NCBI GenBank assembly: GCA_031418215.1 | Contig: JANOXC010000118.1 | Span: 25,388 to 89,387, forward strand | DNA: 64,000 bases | Origin: Bacteroidota bacterium | GTDB taxonomy: Bacteria > Bacteroidota > Bacteroidia > AKYH767-A > OLB10 | Reading direction: 5' to 3' | Shown: positions 46,391-56,530 of the stretch, in pieces | Numbering within the stretch: position 1 is the first letter of the stretch | Layout of the letters: each line of letters opens with the position of its first letter | Position numbers and translations under genes: made by a program | The notes under the pieces: model-generated | Databases searched by the model: none | Seen by the model: the letters and a program-made list of their open reading frames with translations, nothing else | Told to the model about the DNA's origin: nothing

Positions 46391-48751
46391 ATGCCTCCCC
46401 AAAAAAAGGAACAGGATTCCGCATTGAAAATACTTCCACAAGTTATTGTGAAGATTTTCAAGGCACACCCTTTTAAACATTACAACCATAAACAAGTACT
46501 GAAGAAGCTTCAGCAGGACCCTTTTGCGGAGTCCACAGAAAGTTTATTTGAAACGATTGACGAAGAAATAATTCGCAAAAAGGTGATCAGCAGCATTGAG
46601 GCGCTTGTTTTGTCAGGCGAGTTGATGGAAACAGAAATAGGAAAGTATAAGCTCTATCCTGTTGAGCAGTTCATCGTTGGTAAAATCGACATGACAAGCA
46701 GTGGTGCGGCCTATGTGATGAATGACGATTTTGAAGATGATATATATATATCGCGTCAAAACACTTTGAATGCATTACACGGAGATAAAGTAAAAGTGAC
46801 CGTTTATGCACAGCGCAAGGGCAAAAGACAAGAAGGAGAAGTTGTTGAAGTGCTGGAACGTGCGAGAACAGAGTTCTCCGGAATTGTTCAGGTGTCGGGC
46901 AAATTTGCATTTCTTTCTTCAGAAGGACAAAGAAATGGCATTGATATTTTTATTCCTTTATCTGCATTGAATGGGGCGCTCAATGGTGAAAAGGCCATTG
47001 CAAGAATTACCGATTGGCAACCGGATTCAAAAAATCCTGCAGGTGAAATCATTAAGGTGCTGGGTATGGCGGGTGATAATAATGCAGAGATGGATGCCAT
47101 CTTGGTTGATTATGGATTTCCATTATCCTTTCCGGCTAAGGTGGAAAAAGAAGCGGAAGAAATTCCATATCAGATTGCTGCAGCAGAAATCAAGAAGCGC
47201 AAAGATTTTCGTAAAACAACAACCTTTACCATAGATCCGGCTGATGCAAAAGATTTTGATGATGCCCTTTCAATCAAAATTCTCGACAATGGTAACTATG
47301 AAATCGGAATTCATATTGCTGATGTTTCACATTATATAACGCCGGGTTCTGCATTAGATGAGGAAGGCCTTGAGCGCGCCACCTCCATTTATCTGGTTGA
47401 CCGCGTTATTCCAATGTTGCCGGAAAAGCTTAGCAACCACGTTTGTTCTTTGCGTCCCGGAGAAGATAAATTGTGTTACAGTGCCGTTTTTGAAATCAAC
47501 GCACAGGCGGAAGTCTTGAATGAGTGGTTTGGGCGCACCATCATTCATTCTCAGCATCGTTTCTCTTATGAAGAAGCACAAACGGGAATTGAAACAAAAA
47601 CGGGCCCCTTGAGTGATGAGTTGGCAATATTCCAGCATCTTGCGGTGCAACTGCGCAAGGAGCGTTTTAAGCTGGGTGCTATTACTTTTGAAAAAGTAGA
47701 GGTGAAATTCCGTTTGGATGAAAAAGGATATCCGCTCGATGTCTATATAAAGGAAAGTAAAGACAGTAATAAATTGATTGAAGAATTCATGCTGTTGGCC
47801 AATCGTAAAGTAGCAGAATTTATTGGTAAACACCATGCTAAATACCCAACAGTAAAAAAGGGCGTAGTTGCGAAAGACCATGTAATTCTGCCTTTCGTTT
47901 ATCGTGTTCACGACTCCCCGGTACAGGAACGCCTCATCAACTTTGCCGCTTTTGCAGGAAAGTTTGGCTACCGTGTAAATATTAAATCAGAAAAAGAAAT
48001 TGCACATTCGCTAAATACCCTCATGAAAGAAGTGCGGGGTAAAGCAGAACAGAATGTTTTGGAGCAACTCGCTATTCGTACCATGTCGAAGGCGATTTAT
48101 ACCACAGACAATATTGGCCACTATGGTTTGGCTTTTGATTTTTATACCCACTTTACTTCACCCATCAGAAGATATCCCGATGTAATGGTGCATCGTTTAT
48201 TGGATCATTACATGAAGGGCGGAAAACCTGTTGATGAAGAGCAATTGCTTTTGCAATGTAAGCACAGCACCGATATGGAGATTAAGGCTTCAGAAGCGGA
48301 ACGTGCTTCCATCAAATTTAAGCAAGTACAGTATTTATTGAAGCGGGAAGGAGAAATTTTTAACGGCCTCATTTCCGGCGTTACCGAATGGGGAATATAT
48401 ATTGAACTTGTGGAAAGCAAGTGCGAAGGTTTGATAAGGATGCGTGATTTGCAGGATGATTATTATGAATTTGATGATAAGAATTATTGCATCACCGGAC
48501 ATAAAACACGAAAGAAATATCAACTGGGTGATGCGATAAAAGTTGTTTTAAAATCCGCCGACCTTCAAAAGAAGCAAATCGATTTTATGATTTACGATGA
48601 GTTTGCGCCGCCAAGAGCTGTGTTTAATAAATTGCGTGAAACATCTTCGTTTAATAGTTCCAGGGGTTCGCGAGACGAAAAACGGGGTGGGTTTAGAGAG
48701 AAGAAGGCGGGTAGTAATTCCTTTAGTAAAAAGAAAAAGAGGAGAAGATAG
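46391..48751 (+). CDS. rnr: ribonuclease R
   Basis: A 786-aa protein with N-terminal cold-shock/OB domains. The RNB catalytic motif is TIDPADAKDFDDALS. A C-terminal S1 domain and a K/R-rich tail are present. Confidence 0.9.
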   Translation: MPPQKKEQDSALKILPQVIVKIFKAHPFKHYNHKQVLKKLQQDPFAESTESLFETIDEEIIRKKVISSIEALVLSGELMETEIGKYKLYPVEQFIVGKIDMTSSGAAYVMNDDFEDDIYISRQNTLNALHGDKVKVTVYAQRKGKRQEGEVVEVLERARTEFSGIVQVSGKFAFLSSEGQRNGIDIFIPLSALNGALNGEKAIARITDWQPDSKNPAGEIIKVLGMAGDNNAEMDAILVDYGFPLSFPAKVEKEAEEIPYQIAAAEIKKRKDFRKTTTFTIDPADAKDFDDALSIKILDNGNYEIGIHIADVSHYITPGSALDEEGLERATSIYLVDRVIPMLPEKLSNHVCSLRPGEDKLCYSAVFEINAQAEVLNEWFGRTIIHSQHRFSYEEAQTGIETKTGPLSDELAIFQHLAVQLRKERFKLGAITFEKVEVKFRLDEKGYPLDVYIKESKDSNKLIEEFMLLANRKVAEFIGKHHAKYPTVKKGVVAKDHVILPFVYRVHDSPVQERLINFAAFAGKFGYRVNIKSEKEIAHSLNTLMKEVRGKAEQNVLEQLAIRTMSKAIYTTDNIGHYGLAFDFYTHFTSPIRRYPDVMVHRLLDHYMKGGKPVDEEQLLLQCKHSTDMEIKASEAERASIKFKQVQYLLKREGEIFNGLISGVTEWGIYIELVESKCEGLIRMRDLQDDYYEFDDKNYCITGHKTRKKYQLGDAIKVVLKSADLQKKQIDFMIYDEFAPPRAVFNKLRETSSFNSSRGSRDEKRGGFREKKAGSNSFSKKKKRRR

Positions 48752-48754
48752 ATT

Positions 48755-49789
48755 TTATACTTTTAAAAAGCCATTGGCGCGCAATCGTTCATAAGGTGGC
48801 ATAGCATCTAATTGAGTAGTCGTTCTTCTTCCGTTGATTTGCTTGCGCAATTGCTTTTTAATTTCTGAAAAACGATAGGATGCCAATGTTGTAAATTTCT
48901 TTAATAATCCGCCAATACTTTTAATTTCACTTAATAAATAATGCTGATTTTCAATTTCAAAAAAACGTTTGCAGATATATTCAATAAGCATTATATCTTC
49001 CGGTTTCATTGCCGTTTTCCACTTTCCAAAATTATCTTTCAAAAAAGGTCTTGAGAGATTTCCTTTCCAAACCTCTTCTTCTGATGAAACCTTCTGTGAA
49101 CTCTTATGAAAATCCAACATCGTCTCTTCAAAATTTATATCAAGACATTTGCAAACATTACGAATAACCTTCTCGGGGCTTAAAATCAAATCCTCATAAT
49201 AGATCTTTAAATACCTGTTCTCATATAAATGCGCAAACCGTTTTGATTGCAGATAGCTTTCCATAAACTGCTTTGCTATTTGAGTCAGCGGAAAATCAAA
49301 GCTCTTAGTGTATTCCGCATTCATAGTCGACATTACTACATCTCGTGGGTCACGCACAATATGCAAAATGTTACAACCCGGAAAATCAACATTTAATTTT
49401 TTAAGGTACCAGATATTAATAGGGCAGCCATCAACAAGTACCTCCTTACTTGTCCCGGATGCATATTGCTGCATAAACAATTTGAACAGAGTTAATGGAT
49501 GAGCAACATCTGGAAGATTCCTTACAATTTCTTCGGGATCAATTCCGAGTCGGTGAATCCATTTGTCTTTTCGTAATAATTCTATAAGTTGCTTTTGATC
49601 GCTGAATTTCCTCTCAAAGTGTGAAGTAGGGGCATATACATAAGTCTCGAGGATATGTGATTCCGGCGGTGATACACATTGACTGTGTTCATTTAAAATG
49701 GCCTGCAACAAACTTGTTCCTGAACGTGGAGCGCCTCCAATGAAAGCCCATTTCTTGATTTCCTGCTTTTTAAATGCTATTGGCTTCAT
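48755..49789 (-). CDS. sulfotransferase-family protein
   Basis: The 5'-PSB loop is IGGAPRSGTSLL. The 3'-PB-like region is RDPRDVVMS. The protein is 344 aa long. Confidence 0.7.
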   Translation of the reverse strand: MKPIAFKKQEIKKWAFIGGAPRSGTSLLQAILNEHSQCVSPPESHILETYVYAPTSHFERKFSDQKQLIELLRKDKWIHRLGIDPEEIVRNLPDVAHPLTLFKLFMQQYASGTSKEVLVDGCPINIWYLKKLNVDFPGCNILHIVRDPRDVVMSTMNAEYTKSFDFPLTQIAKQFMESYLQSKRFAHLYENRYLKIYYEDLILSPEKVIRNVCKCLDINFEETMLDFHKSSQKVSSEEEVWKGNLSRPFLKDNFGKWKTAMKPEDIMLIEYICKRFFEIENQHYLLSEIKSIGGLLKKFTTLASYRFSEIKKQLRKQINGRRTTTQLDAMPPYERLRANGFLKV

Positions 49790-49853
49790 GTTTACATAAA
49801 GTAAAAATCAGCCTTTCTTGCCATTGCCTTTTGCGGATAAAATTATATATATA

Positions 49854-51356
49854 TTATTTCGGTTGCTCATTTACGTTTACGCCTTCATACTTTTTCACTT
49901 GTCCTGATTGATAGGTTGTTGTTAAAACCAATTCACCATCGATATCATACGTTTTCCAGGTGCCTTCTTTTAATCCGAGACGGTAAGATCTTTCTTCCCT
50001 GATTTTACCATTGTCATAATAATATTTATGCGTTCCGTTTTCCTGTCCTTCCAAATATTCGCCCTCAAAGGCTAATTTTCCGCTCTGGAAATACTGCTTC
50101 CAGTTGCCATCCATATTTCCCTCCACATACGTGCCTTCGGCAATATATTCCCCATTACGGAATTTCCAGTCTCCGTCGCGCTGTCCTTTTATATATAATC
50201 CTTCAGCAATTACGTCGCCGTTTTCATTGTATTCTTTGGATATGCCATCTTCTTTTCCATCCTTATATATTTCCTCTCGCAAAATTTTACCGGAAGGGTA
50301 ATACCATTTCCATTCTGACACAGGTAAAGCTTCCTTGTAGGAGCCTCTCTGCTGTATGGTTTCGTTATCATAGTAAAAGGTCCATACACTGTCCTTTTTT
50401 CCGTTTTTAAACTTTCCTTCAGATTTCACTTTTCCGTTTGGGAAAAAATATTTCCAATGGCCCTGCTGCTGACCTGAGCCATCCACTGTTCCACCTTCAG
50501 CAACAATGTTGTTCTTATCATAGATTTTAGAAGCCGTTATTTTTCCTTCTCTGTCATAATCTCTGTAAACACCAGACTTCACGCCATTGATTAATGTTAC
50601 TGAAGATTTTGGTCTGCCGTTATTGTAATAATCGCGCTTGATATCTAACTTAAGATTAACCGCGTCGTTGACCACTAATAAATCATCTTTGAAAACTTCA
50701 ATTTTTAACAACAATCCGTCTGCGGAATAAACCCGAAACATCCCGTTCTTCTTATCATCTTTATAAACGTCATCACTTTTTACCTGGTCGTTGGCAAAAT
50801 GTTCTTTCCAAACTCCTTGTTTGAATCCAAATTTATCAATGCGGTTTATTTTTTCCTGCTTTTGCAGAAATCCATTTTTATAGTTGCTGATAGTTACAAC
50901 CCTTCCGTCGTCTGCATACTCTTTCGATAATCCATTTTCAACTCCATTTACATACTTTATTGTTTTTGAAAGATGTCCTGCTTCACGGTAGTATTTTGCA
51001 ACACTATCAACGATCCCTTTACTCATCCAAATTTCTGATGAAACATTTCCATTCAGGTAATATTCCTTTTGTATTCCGTTACGTCCGCCTTTTTCATAAT
51101 TATGTTCTGATAACTTATTTCCTTTATCATCATAAAATTTCCAAATTCCTTCCAGCAACGTATTATTTCTGTTACCCTCTGATTTTAGTTTACCGTTTTC
51201 ATAATAACTTTTCCAGTTGCCGTCAGGTTTTCCATTAACAAAATTTCCTTCACTGCTTACCTGTCCGTTTGGATAGGTAAACTTCTGGTAACCTGTTTGG
51301 GCATACCCTGCAAAAAAACAAATCAATAAAAAAAATAAAATAATAATTCTCTTCAT
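49854..51356 (-). CDS. secreted MORN-variant (YwqK-like) repeat protein
   Basis: A 500-aa protein with a signal peptide. It has about 18 copies of the G.W..YY.NGK/G.W.E variant MORN repeat. Confidence 0.6.
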   Translation of the reverse strand: MKRIIILFFLLICFFAGYAQTGYQKFTYPNGQVSSEGNFVNGKPDGNWKSYYENGKLKSEGNRNNTLLEGIWKFYDDKGNKLSEHNYEKGGRNGIQKEYYLNGNVSSEIWMSKGIVDSVAKYYREAGHLSKTIKYVNGVENGLSKEYADDGRVVTISNYKNGFLQKQEKINRIDKFGFKQGVWKEHFANDQVKSDDVYKDDKKNGMFRVYSADGLLLKIEVFKDDLLVVNDAVNLKLDIKRDYYNNGRPKSSVTLINGVKSGVYRDYDREGKITASKIYDKNNIVAEGGTVDGSGQQQGHWKYFFPNGKVKSEGKFKNGKKDSVWTFYYDNETIQQRGSYKEALPVSEWKWYYPSGKILREEIYKDGKEDGISKEYNENGDVIAEGLYIKGQRDGDWKFRNGEYIAEGTYVEGNMDGNWKQYFQSGKLAFEGEYLEGQENGTHKYYYDNGKIREERSYRLGLKEGTWKTYDIDGELVLTTTYQSGQVKKYEGVNVNEQPK

Positions 51357-51359
51357 TGG

Positions 51360-52340
51360 CTATCTGCTGAGTTCCAGCATTCTTTTAAGTGGTAGCAATG
51401 CCGGCTCCATCAGTTCTTGAGGAATCAATACTTCCGGCATTTCGTATTTCATACACAAATATACTTTTTCAAGTGTGTTCAACTTCATATGCGGACAATC
51501 ATTACAAGCACAGTTATTATCAGGAGGTGCGGGTATAAAGGTTTTACCGGGTGAAGCTTTTTGCATCTGATGCATTATTCCGGACTCTGTGGCAACGATA
51601 AATGTATTAGAGGGGTTGGTAGTAGCAAAATTTAGTAAAGCCGTTGTAGAGCCTATAAAATCTGCTATTTTTAATATAGGCTCTTCACATTCCGGATGTG
51701 CAATCAATAAAGCCTGGGGATGCAGGTGTTTTAATTTCGTAATTTTTTGTAGTGAGAAAATCTCATGTACCATACAGGTTCCATTCCATAGTAATAAATC
51801 GCGACCTGTTTTCTTAGCCACCCAGGCTCCTAAATTTTTATCAGGTGCAAAAATTATTTTCTTATCGGGTGGAACGCTTTCGACTATCTTAACTGCATTT
51901 GAACTCGTACAGATTATATCGCTTAAAGCTTTAATTGCGGCCGTACAATTGATGTAAGAAATTACTACATGGTCAGGATGCTCCTCTTTAAACTTCTTAA
52001 ATAAATCCGGCGGACAAGAATCAGCCAATGAACACCCTGCCCTTAAATCAGGCAGTACAACTTTTTTATTGGGGTTCAATAATTTTGCTGTCTCTGCCAT
52101 AAAATGCACGCCGCAGAAGACAATCATGTCGGCATTTGTTTTTTCCGCCTCTTGCGCCAGACCTAAACTGTCTCCAATAAAATCGGCAACATCCTGAATA
52201 TCACTTTCCTGGTAATAGTGGGCAAGTACAATGGCATTTTTTTCTTTCTTTAAACGGGCGATGCTTTCAAACAGGTCCAAAGATGGATCAATTTCTTCAT
52301 CCGCAAATCCCCGCTTTTCAATTTCAACTTTTGTAAGCAT
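51360..52340 (-). CDS. nadA: quinolinate synthase
   Basis: A 326-aa protein. The three conserved Cys for the 4Fe-4S cluster and conserved NadA blocks ([27 protein letters not shown]) are present. Confidence 0.95.
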   Translation of the reverse strand: MLTKVEIEKRGFADEEIDPSLDLFESIARLKKEKNAIVLAHYYQESDIQDVADFIGDSLGLAQEAEKTNADMIVFCGVHFMAETAKLLNPNKKVVLPDLRAGCSLADSCPPDLFKKFKEEHPDHVVISYINCTAAIKALSDIICTSSNAVKIVESVPPDKKIIFAPDKNLGAWVAKKTGRDLLLWNGTCMVHEIFSLQKITKLKHLHPQALLIAHPECEEPILKIADFIGSTTALLNFATTNPSNTFIVATESGIMHQMQKASPGKTFIPAPPDNNCACNDCPHMKLNTLEKVYLCMKYEMPEVLIPQELMEPALLPLKRMLELSR

Positions 52341-52826
52341 ATTATAAATAATTAATCTTTTAATAAAATACTTATTGTTTATAATGGTCTGTTAGTTCGG
52401 TTCGCAAGTTTATACGTAAACCCTTGTTTACAGACTTTATCATTTGTTAGGAACACTGCTTGAACAATTTTAAAGTGCTTAACTCATTGCTGTTGAATAT
52501 TTACTCATCGTTATGAACACCTGTTCATTTCTCCCTTCGTTAATATCTTTCCACCAATAAATGGTGATAATTGTTCATTGTTTAGTTCATATGATGTGTT
52601 AAAGTTTAATGCATAATATTTGGATTATGATTCAATTCAACATAAGCACAGCAGAACCGGTTATTCCAAATAAACTTGTGGAATTGTTATCACCCGGTTT
52701 TTAGCGTTGTTAACAGGTCAACTGTTCATAAAAGCAAAGGTAAGTGCTTATTTATCACAGTAGTAAAAATAGGGTGTTGATAAGCTTATGAACAATTACT
52801 TTTTTACATTTTTAGGAGGAAAATCG
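52341..52826. promoter_or_regulatory. long nadA upstream region with reiterated TGTTCAT/ATGAACA motifs
   Basis: At least seven copies of the heptamer lie within 350 bp. They include the inverted repeat ATGAACAccTGTTCAT at about 52513-52528. Confidence 0.35.
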
Positions 52827-53996
52827 TTACTGATGACGTTTTGTTGGTTGCCATATTCCTGACTGTATACCAATAATATACCTGAAAAAACCAAAAAGCA
52901 GGGCCATATTTGTTGTAATAAAATGAGCCGGGAAACGCAACAGTAACAGATTTATTCGCAAGACACGATGAAGCAGGTAATCAATTAATGGAGTACATAT
53001 AATAAAGGTAGTTAGCCAGCAGAAATAGCGGAAAAAAAGTTGATCATATAAAAGAATGGAACAGGTATAAAAAAAAAGGATAAAAAAAGGCCCCTTCCAT
53101 CGCAAAACTTTGTGAGAAAAGAAGCAAAAACTTATTGTGTTGATTCGTAATAGTGAAGGCAGAAACAAAAAGAGGTTTTGGAAACTTCCGGCTGCAATAC
53201 GGATTTTACGATTAAACTCAATAGCGGCTTCATTACTCACATCCTCATACACCCTCGCATTTAATTCGTTGATACATTTTCCTCCAGATTGTAACACTTT
53301 CATATTCAGGTAAAAATCGTCAACAAGAAAATGTGCAGGAACCGGCGAATAAGACGATTTTCTTAAAGCAAAACATCCACCAAAAGGCCCCATCATTGTA
53401 CCCCATAATAAACCTTCATAGTGTTTTATATATACTTCCGCGCTGATGTATGATTTTTCCTGAAGCGAAATACCGTCTTTTTTAATGCCTGTATTCACCA
53501 TATTACTATCTACTAATGCAATCGAATCATTCTTAAAATGTTTAACCAGCTCATAAATAGTAATTTTTGAAAAAATTACATTGGCATCGGTAAGTATCAG
53601 AACGGGGTTAATAGCCAGCTTTACAAGCGCATTAATTATTGTCACTTTGCCCGATCTTTGATTAAATTCTACAAGGCTTACCCTCGAATCAACAGCAGCA
53701 ATTGCCTCAACGATGGAATTTGTTAAATCAGTTGATGAATCAGAGCCGACAATGATTTCTATTGAAGAAGCGGGATAATTGCTTTTTAATACACTTTCAA
53801 TTTTTTCACGGATTACTTTTTCTTCATTAAAAGCTGCAATCAGGATTGACACTTTAGGTAAATCCTCTGAGGGAAGGTAAATTATACTATTTGGTTTTTT
53901 AAACAGGGAAAGCAATTTCAGAAACAACGGATAAATAATATAGGAATAAAGTACAGCAAAGAATGAGATCCAGAAAATGAGTTTGATTAATTGCAT
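52827..53996 (-). CDS. family 2 glycosyltransferase (membrane-bound, processive type)
   Basis: The N-terminal transmembrane helix is followed by the GT2 catalytic domain (KVSILIAAFNEE, DSD, DAN). There are about 4 C-terminal transmembrane helices. The start is taken at the internal ATG (MQLIKLIFW). Confidence 0.7.
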   Translation of the reverse strand: MQLIKLIFWISFFAVLYSYIIYPLFLKLLSLFKKPNSIIYLPSEDLPKVSILIAAFNEEKVIREKIESVLKSNYPASSIEIIVGSDSSTDLTNSIVEAIAAVDSRVSLVEFNQRSGKVTIINALVKLAINPVLILTDANVIFSKITIYELVKHFKNDSIALVDSNMVNTGIKKDGISLQEKSYISAEVYIKHYEGLLWGTMMGPFGGCFALRKSSYSPVPAHFLVDDFYLNMKVLQSGGKCINELNARVYEDVSNEAAIEFNRKIRIAAGSFQNLFLFLPSLLRINTISFCFFSHKVLRWKGPFFILFFYTCSILLYDQLFFRYFCWLTTFIICTPLIDYLLHRVLRINLLLLRFPAHFITTNMALLFGFFRYIIGIQSGIWQPTKRHQ

Positions 53997-54105
53997 GTCG
54001 TAAATCCGATCCGAAGGAACAAAAGTAAGATAACTTACCACTTGAGGCGAGAATATTGTATACTTTTGAAGGGTAAAATAATATTTATATATAAAAAATA
54101 AGGCC

Positions 54106-54537
54106 ATGAATAAAATTATTATTGGAGCAGATCATGCCGGCTTTGAGTTGAAAGAAAAACTAAAGCAATACCTTTCGAAAAAAGGATATGATATTACAGA
54201 CGAGGGAACCCATTCACCCGACTCTGTTGACTATCCTGATTTTGCACATCCTGTTGCAGCCAAGGTAGAAAAGGACCCGTTTAATATGGGAATATTAATA
54301 TGCGGAAGCGCCAACGGTGTTGCGATAACAGCGAATAAACATGCAGGTATTAGAGCGGCAATTTGCTGGAATGATGAAATTGCAAAACTGGCACGACTAC
54401 ACAATGATGCTAATATTATCTGTATTCCTGCACGTTTTGTGAGCGAACAAATTGCAGAATCCATGACAGCTATTTTTCTTTCCACCGTTTTTGAAGGAGG
54501 AAGACATTTAAAAAGAGTGGAAAAAATTGCTTGTTGA
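54106..54537 (+). CDS. rpiB: ribose-5-phosphate isomerase B
   Basis: A 143-aa protein. The N-terminus is IIIGADHAGFELKE. The active-site region is ICGSANGVAITANK. Confidence 0.9.
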   Translation: MNKIIIGADHAGFELKEKLKQYLSKKGYDITDEGTHSPDSVDYPDFAHPVAAKVEKDPFNMGILICGSANGVAITANKHAGIRAAICWNDEIAKLARLHNDANIICIPARFVSEQIAESMTAIFLSTVFEGGRHLKRVEKIAC

Positions 54538-55309
54538 TTTATATTATACAACAACATCGTCATTGAACAATAAAGCGGTAACACTTTCTTTAATCTACTT
54601 TTTATTTGGCATTACCGCAGTAAAGGCGCAGACATCAAAAACAACTTCTCCCGACAGCATATATATAGTTAAAAGCAGAAACTATACTTACAGGGCTTTT
54701 GTTTTACCATCAGCATTAATTATAACGGGCGCCTACTTAACTGTTCATGATGATATCCGATACAATGTTAACGAGTGGCGCGATGAAAACTATAGCTCAT
54801 TTCATACAGAAATAGACAACTACCTGCAGTTTGTTCCCTTTGCCATTGTTGGCGTAATGGAATTGTCAGAGAAAAACAGCTATCCTGTTATTCATCAACG
54901 GGCATTACATTTTATTAAGACAGAGGTAATTATGAGTGTGCTTACCTACACCACGAAAACACTGACAAAAGTGGAGCGCCCTGATGGTTCGGCTAACAAT
55001 TCATTTCCTTCCGGGCATACGGCACAAGCCTTTGCGGCAGCAACGTTTTTATATAATGAATATGGAAAATCACATTCCATTTGGTTTACGATTGGTGGAT
55101 ACGCCGCAGCAACAGCAACAGGTGTATTGCGTATACTTAATGACAAGCACTGGATTTCAGATGTCATTGCCGGCGCGGGCGTTGGAATTCTATCGGCCAA
55201 CCTTGGTTGTATGGACTGGCATTCAAAGAAAAGAAGTAATGTAACAGGCATGCTCGTTCCTCAAATGTCCAAAGACTTTAAAGGCGCCTGTTTATTAGTA
55301 AGGTTTTAG
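54527..55309 (+). CDS. PAP2-family phosphatase
   Basis: The acid-phosphatase motifs KxxxxxxRP (KVERPDG), PSGH (FPSGHTAQAFA) and SRxxxxxHxxxD-like (ILNDKHWISD) are present. There is an N-terminal signal/transmembrane segment. Confidence 0.8.
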   Translation: MLVDLYYTTTSSLNNKAVTLSLIYFLFGITAVKAQTSKTTSPDSIYIVKSRNYTYRAFVLPSALIITGAYLTVHDDIRYNVNEWRDENYSSFHTEIDNYLQFVPFAIVGVMELSEKNSYPVIHQRALHFIKTEVIMSVLTYTTKTLTKVERPDGSANNSFPSGHTAQAFAAATFLYNEYGKSHSIWFTIGGYAAATATGVLRILNDKHWISDVIAGAGVGILSANLGCMDWHSKKRSNVTGMLVPQMSKDFKGACLLVRF

Positions 55310-55324
55310 CCTTATTCAGCAGAC

Positions 55325-55627
55325 TTAAATGAATTCCCTGATTTTTTTTGTGAGCTCGATGCCCATCATAAAGCCGGCCATTCTCCATCGCAATTCCCCG
55401 TTGTTAAATAACATAAGTGTGGGAACGCTCATAATATCGTATTCATTTTTTAACTCCGGACTCTCATCCAAATCAATTTTAAGGATGACAACCTTACCTG
55501 CAAGGTTTTGTTCAACCTCTTTAAGAATTACATCCAGCATTTTGCAAGGTTCGCACCAGGTTGCATAAATATCTACCAGCAGCGGCTTATTTTCTTCCTT
55601 AATTAATACGAACTCTTTTAATGTCAT
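55325..55627 (-). CDS. thioredoxin
   Basis: The WCEPCK active site is present and the protein is about 100 aa. Confidence 0.85.
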   Translation of the reverse strand: MTLKEFVLIKEENKPLLVDIYATWCEPCKMLDVILKEVEQNLAGKVVILKIDLDESPELKNEYDIMSVPTLMLFNNGELRWRMAGFMMGIELTKKIREFI

Positions 55628-55754
55628 TATACCTAGCCTAATTAAAGGATTGCAAAGGTAGTTCGCCAAAATGTAATATTTTAAGAAAAAGTGTAACCTT
55701 TTGTTGTGGTCCTGTGTTTAATTAATCTGATACAAAAACCATTAATCAACTGTA

Positions 55755-56525
55755 ATGTATTCAACAAAAAAACTTTTCTTAAATGGAAAGATTTATATCC
55801 TTGCCGCCATCAGCCTATTTCTGATGAGCGCTTGCCAGAGGAATGTGATGTTCACCAGCAATAAAGCTGTTGTTGCGCCTACAGCCGGCGTGGCAATCGA
55901 TACCATTGTTGGAGAAAAAGTACTGATGCCCGATGATAAAATTCTGGTCAGTGTATGGGATCATGAAGAACTCAGTGTGGGATCACTACAGGGAACATAC
56001 AGTCTTGCAGAAGAAAATGGAAAATGGCTGATGCTTGATATGAACGGAGAAGTTCGTTTACCACAAGTTGGAACTGTAAAATTACAAGGGCTTACCGTTC
56101 GGGAGACCATTATCTATTTAGAAAAAGTATACGGTAAGTTTATTCAGAACCCCATTGTCACTGTTCGTGTTTTAAATAACAAGATTACAATTCTGGGAGA
56201 GGTTCGAAGCCCCGGTGTTTACCTATTCAGCGGAGATAATGGCCGACTTATAGATTTAATTGGCCATGCACAAGGGCTTACCGATTATGCCAAGACATCG
56301 AAAGTAAAAATAGTAAGAGGAACCAGTGAAATGGTAATCGACTTAACCAATACCGCATCGGTTGCCGCAAAAGAATTTACTGTAATCCCCGGCGACGTTG
56401 TATATATTCCACCAACCAGCGGCAAAGCATGGGATCGTTTTGCCAATAAGCTTATACCGATTGCCAGTTTAATTACTTCCATTGCATTAGTTTATAGTAT
56501 ATCGATCAATAACAGTAATCCCTAA
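55755..56525 (+). CDS. polysaccharide export outer-membrane protein (Wza/BexD-like)
   Basis: A lipoprotein-type signal (LMSAC) is followed by a Poly_export domain and an SLBB domain. It is followed immediately by a Wzc-like gene. Confidence 0.8.
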   Translation: MYSTKKLFLNGKIYILAAISLFLMSACQRNVMFTSNKAVVAPTAGVAIDTIVGEKVLMPDDKILVSVWDHEELSVGSLQGTYSLAEENGKWLMLDMNGEVRLPQVGTVKLQGLTVRETIIYLEKVYGKFIQNPIVTVRVLNNKITILGEVRSPGVYLFSGDNGRLIDLIGHAQGLTDYAKTSKVKIVRGTSEMVIDLTNTASVAAKEFTVIPGDVVYIPPTSGKAWDRFANKLIPIASLITSIALVYSISINNSNP

Positions 56526-56530
56526 CAGCT

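Noticed and set aside
47354-47911. 185-aa ORF antisense within rnr
   Set aside because: It lies entirely inside the strongly supported RNase R coding region on the opposite strand. It is a spurious antisense frame.
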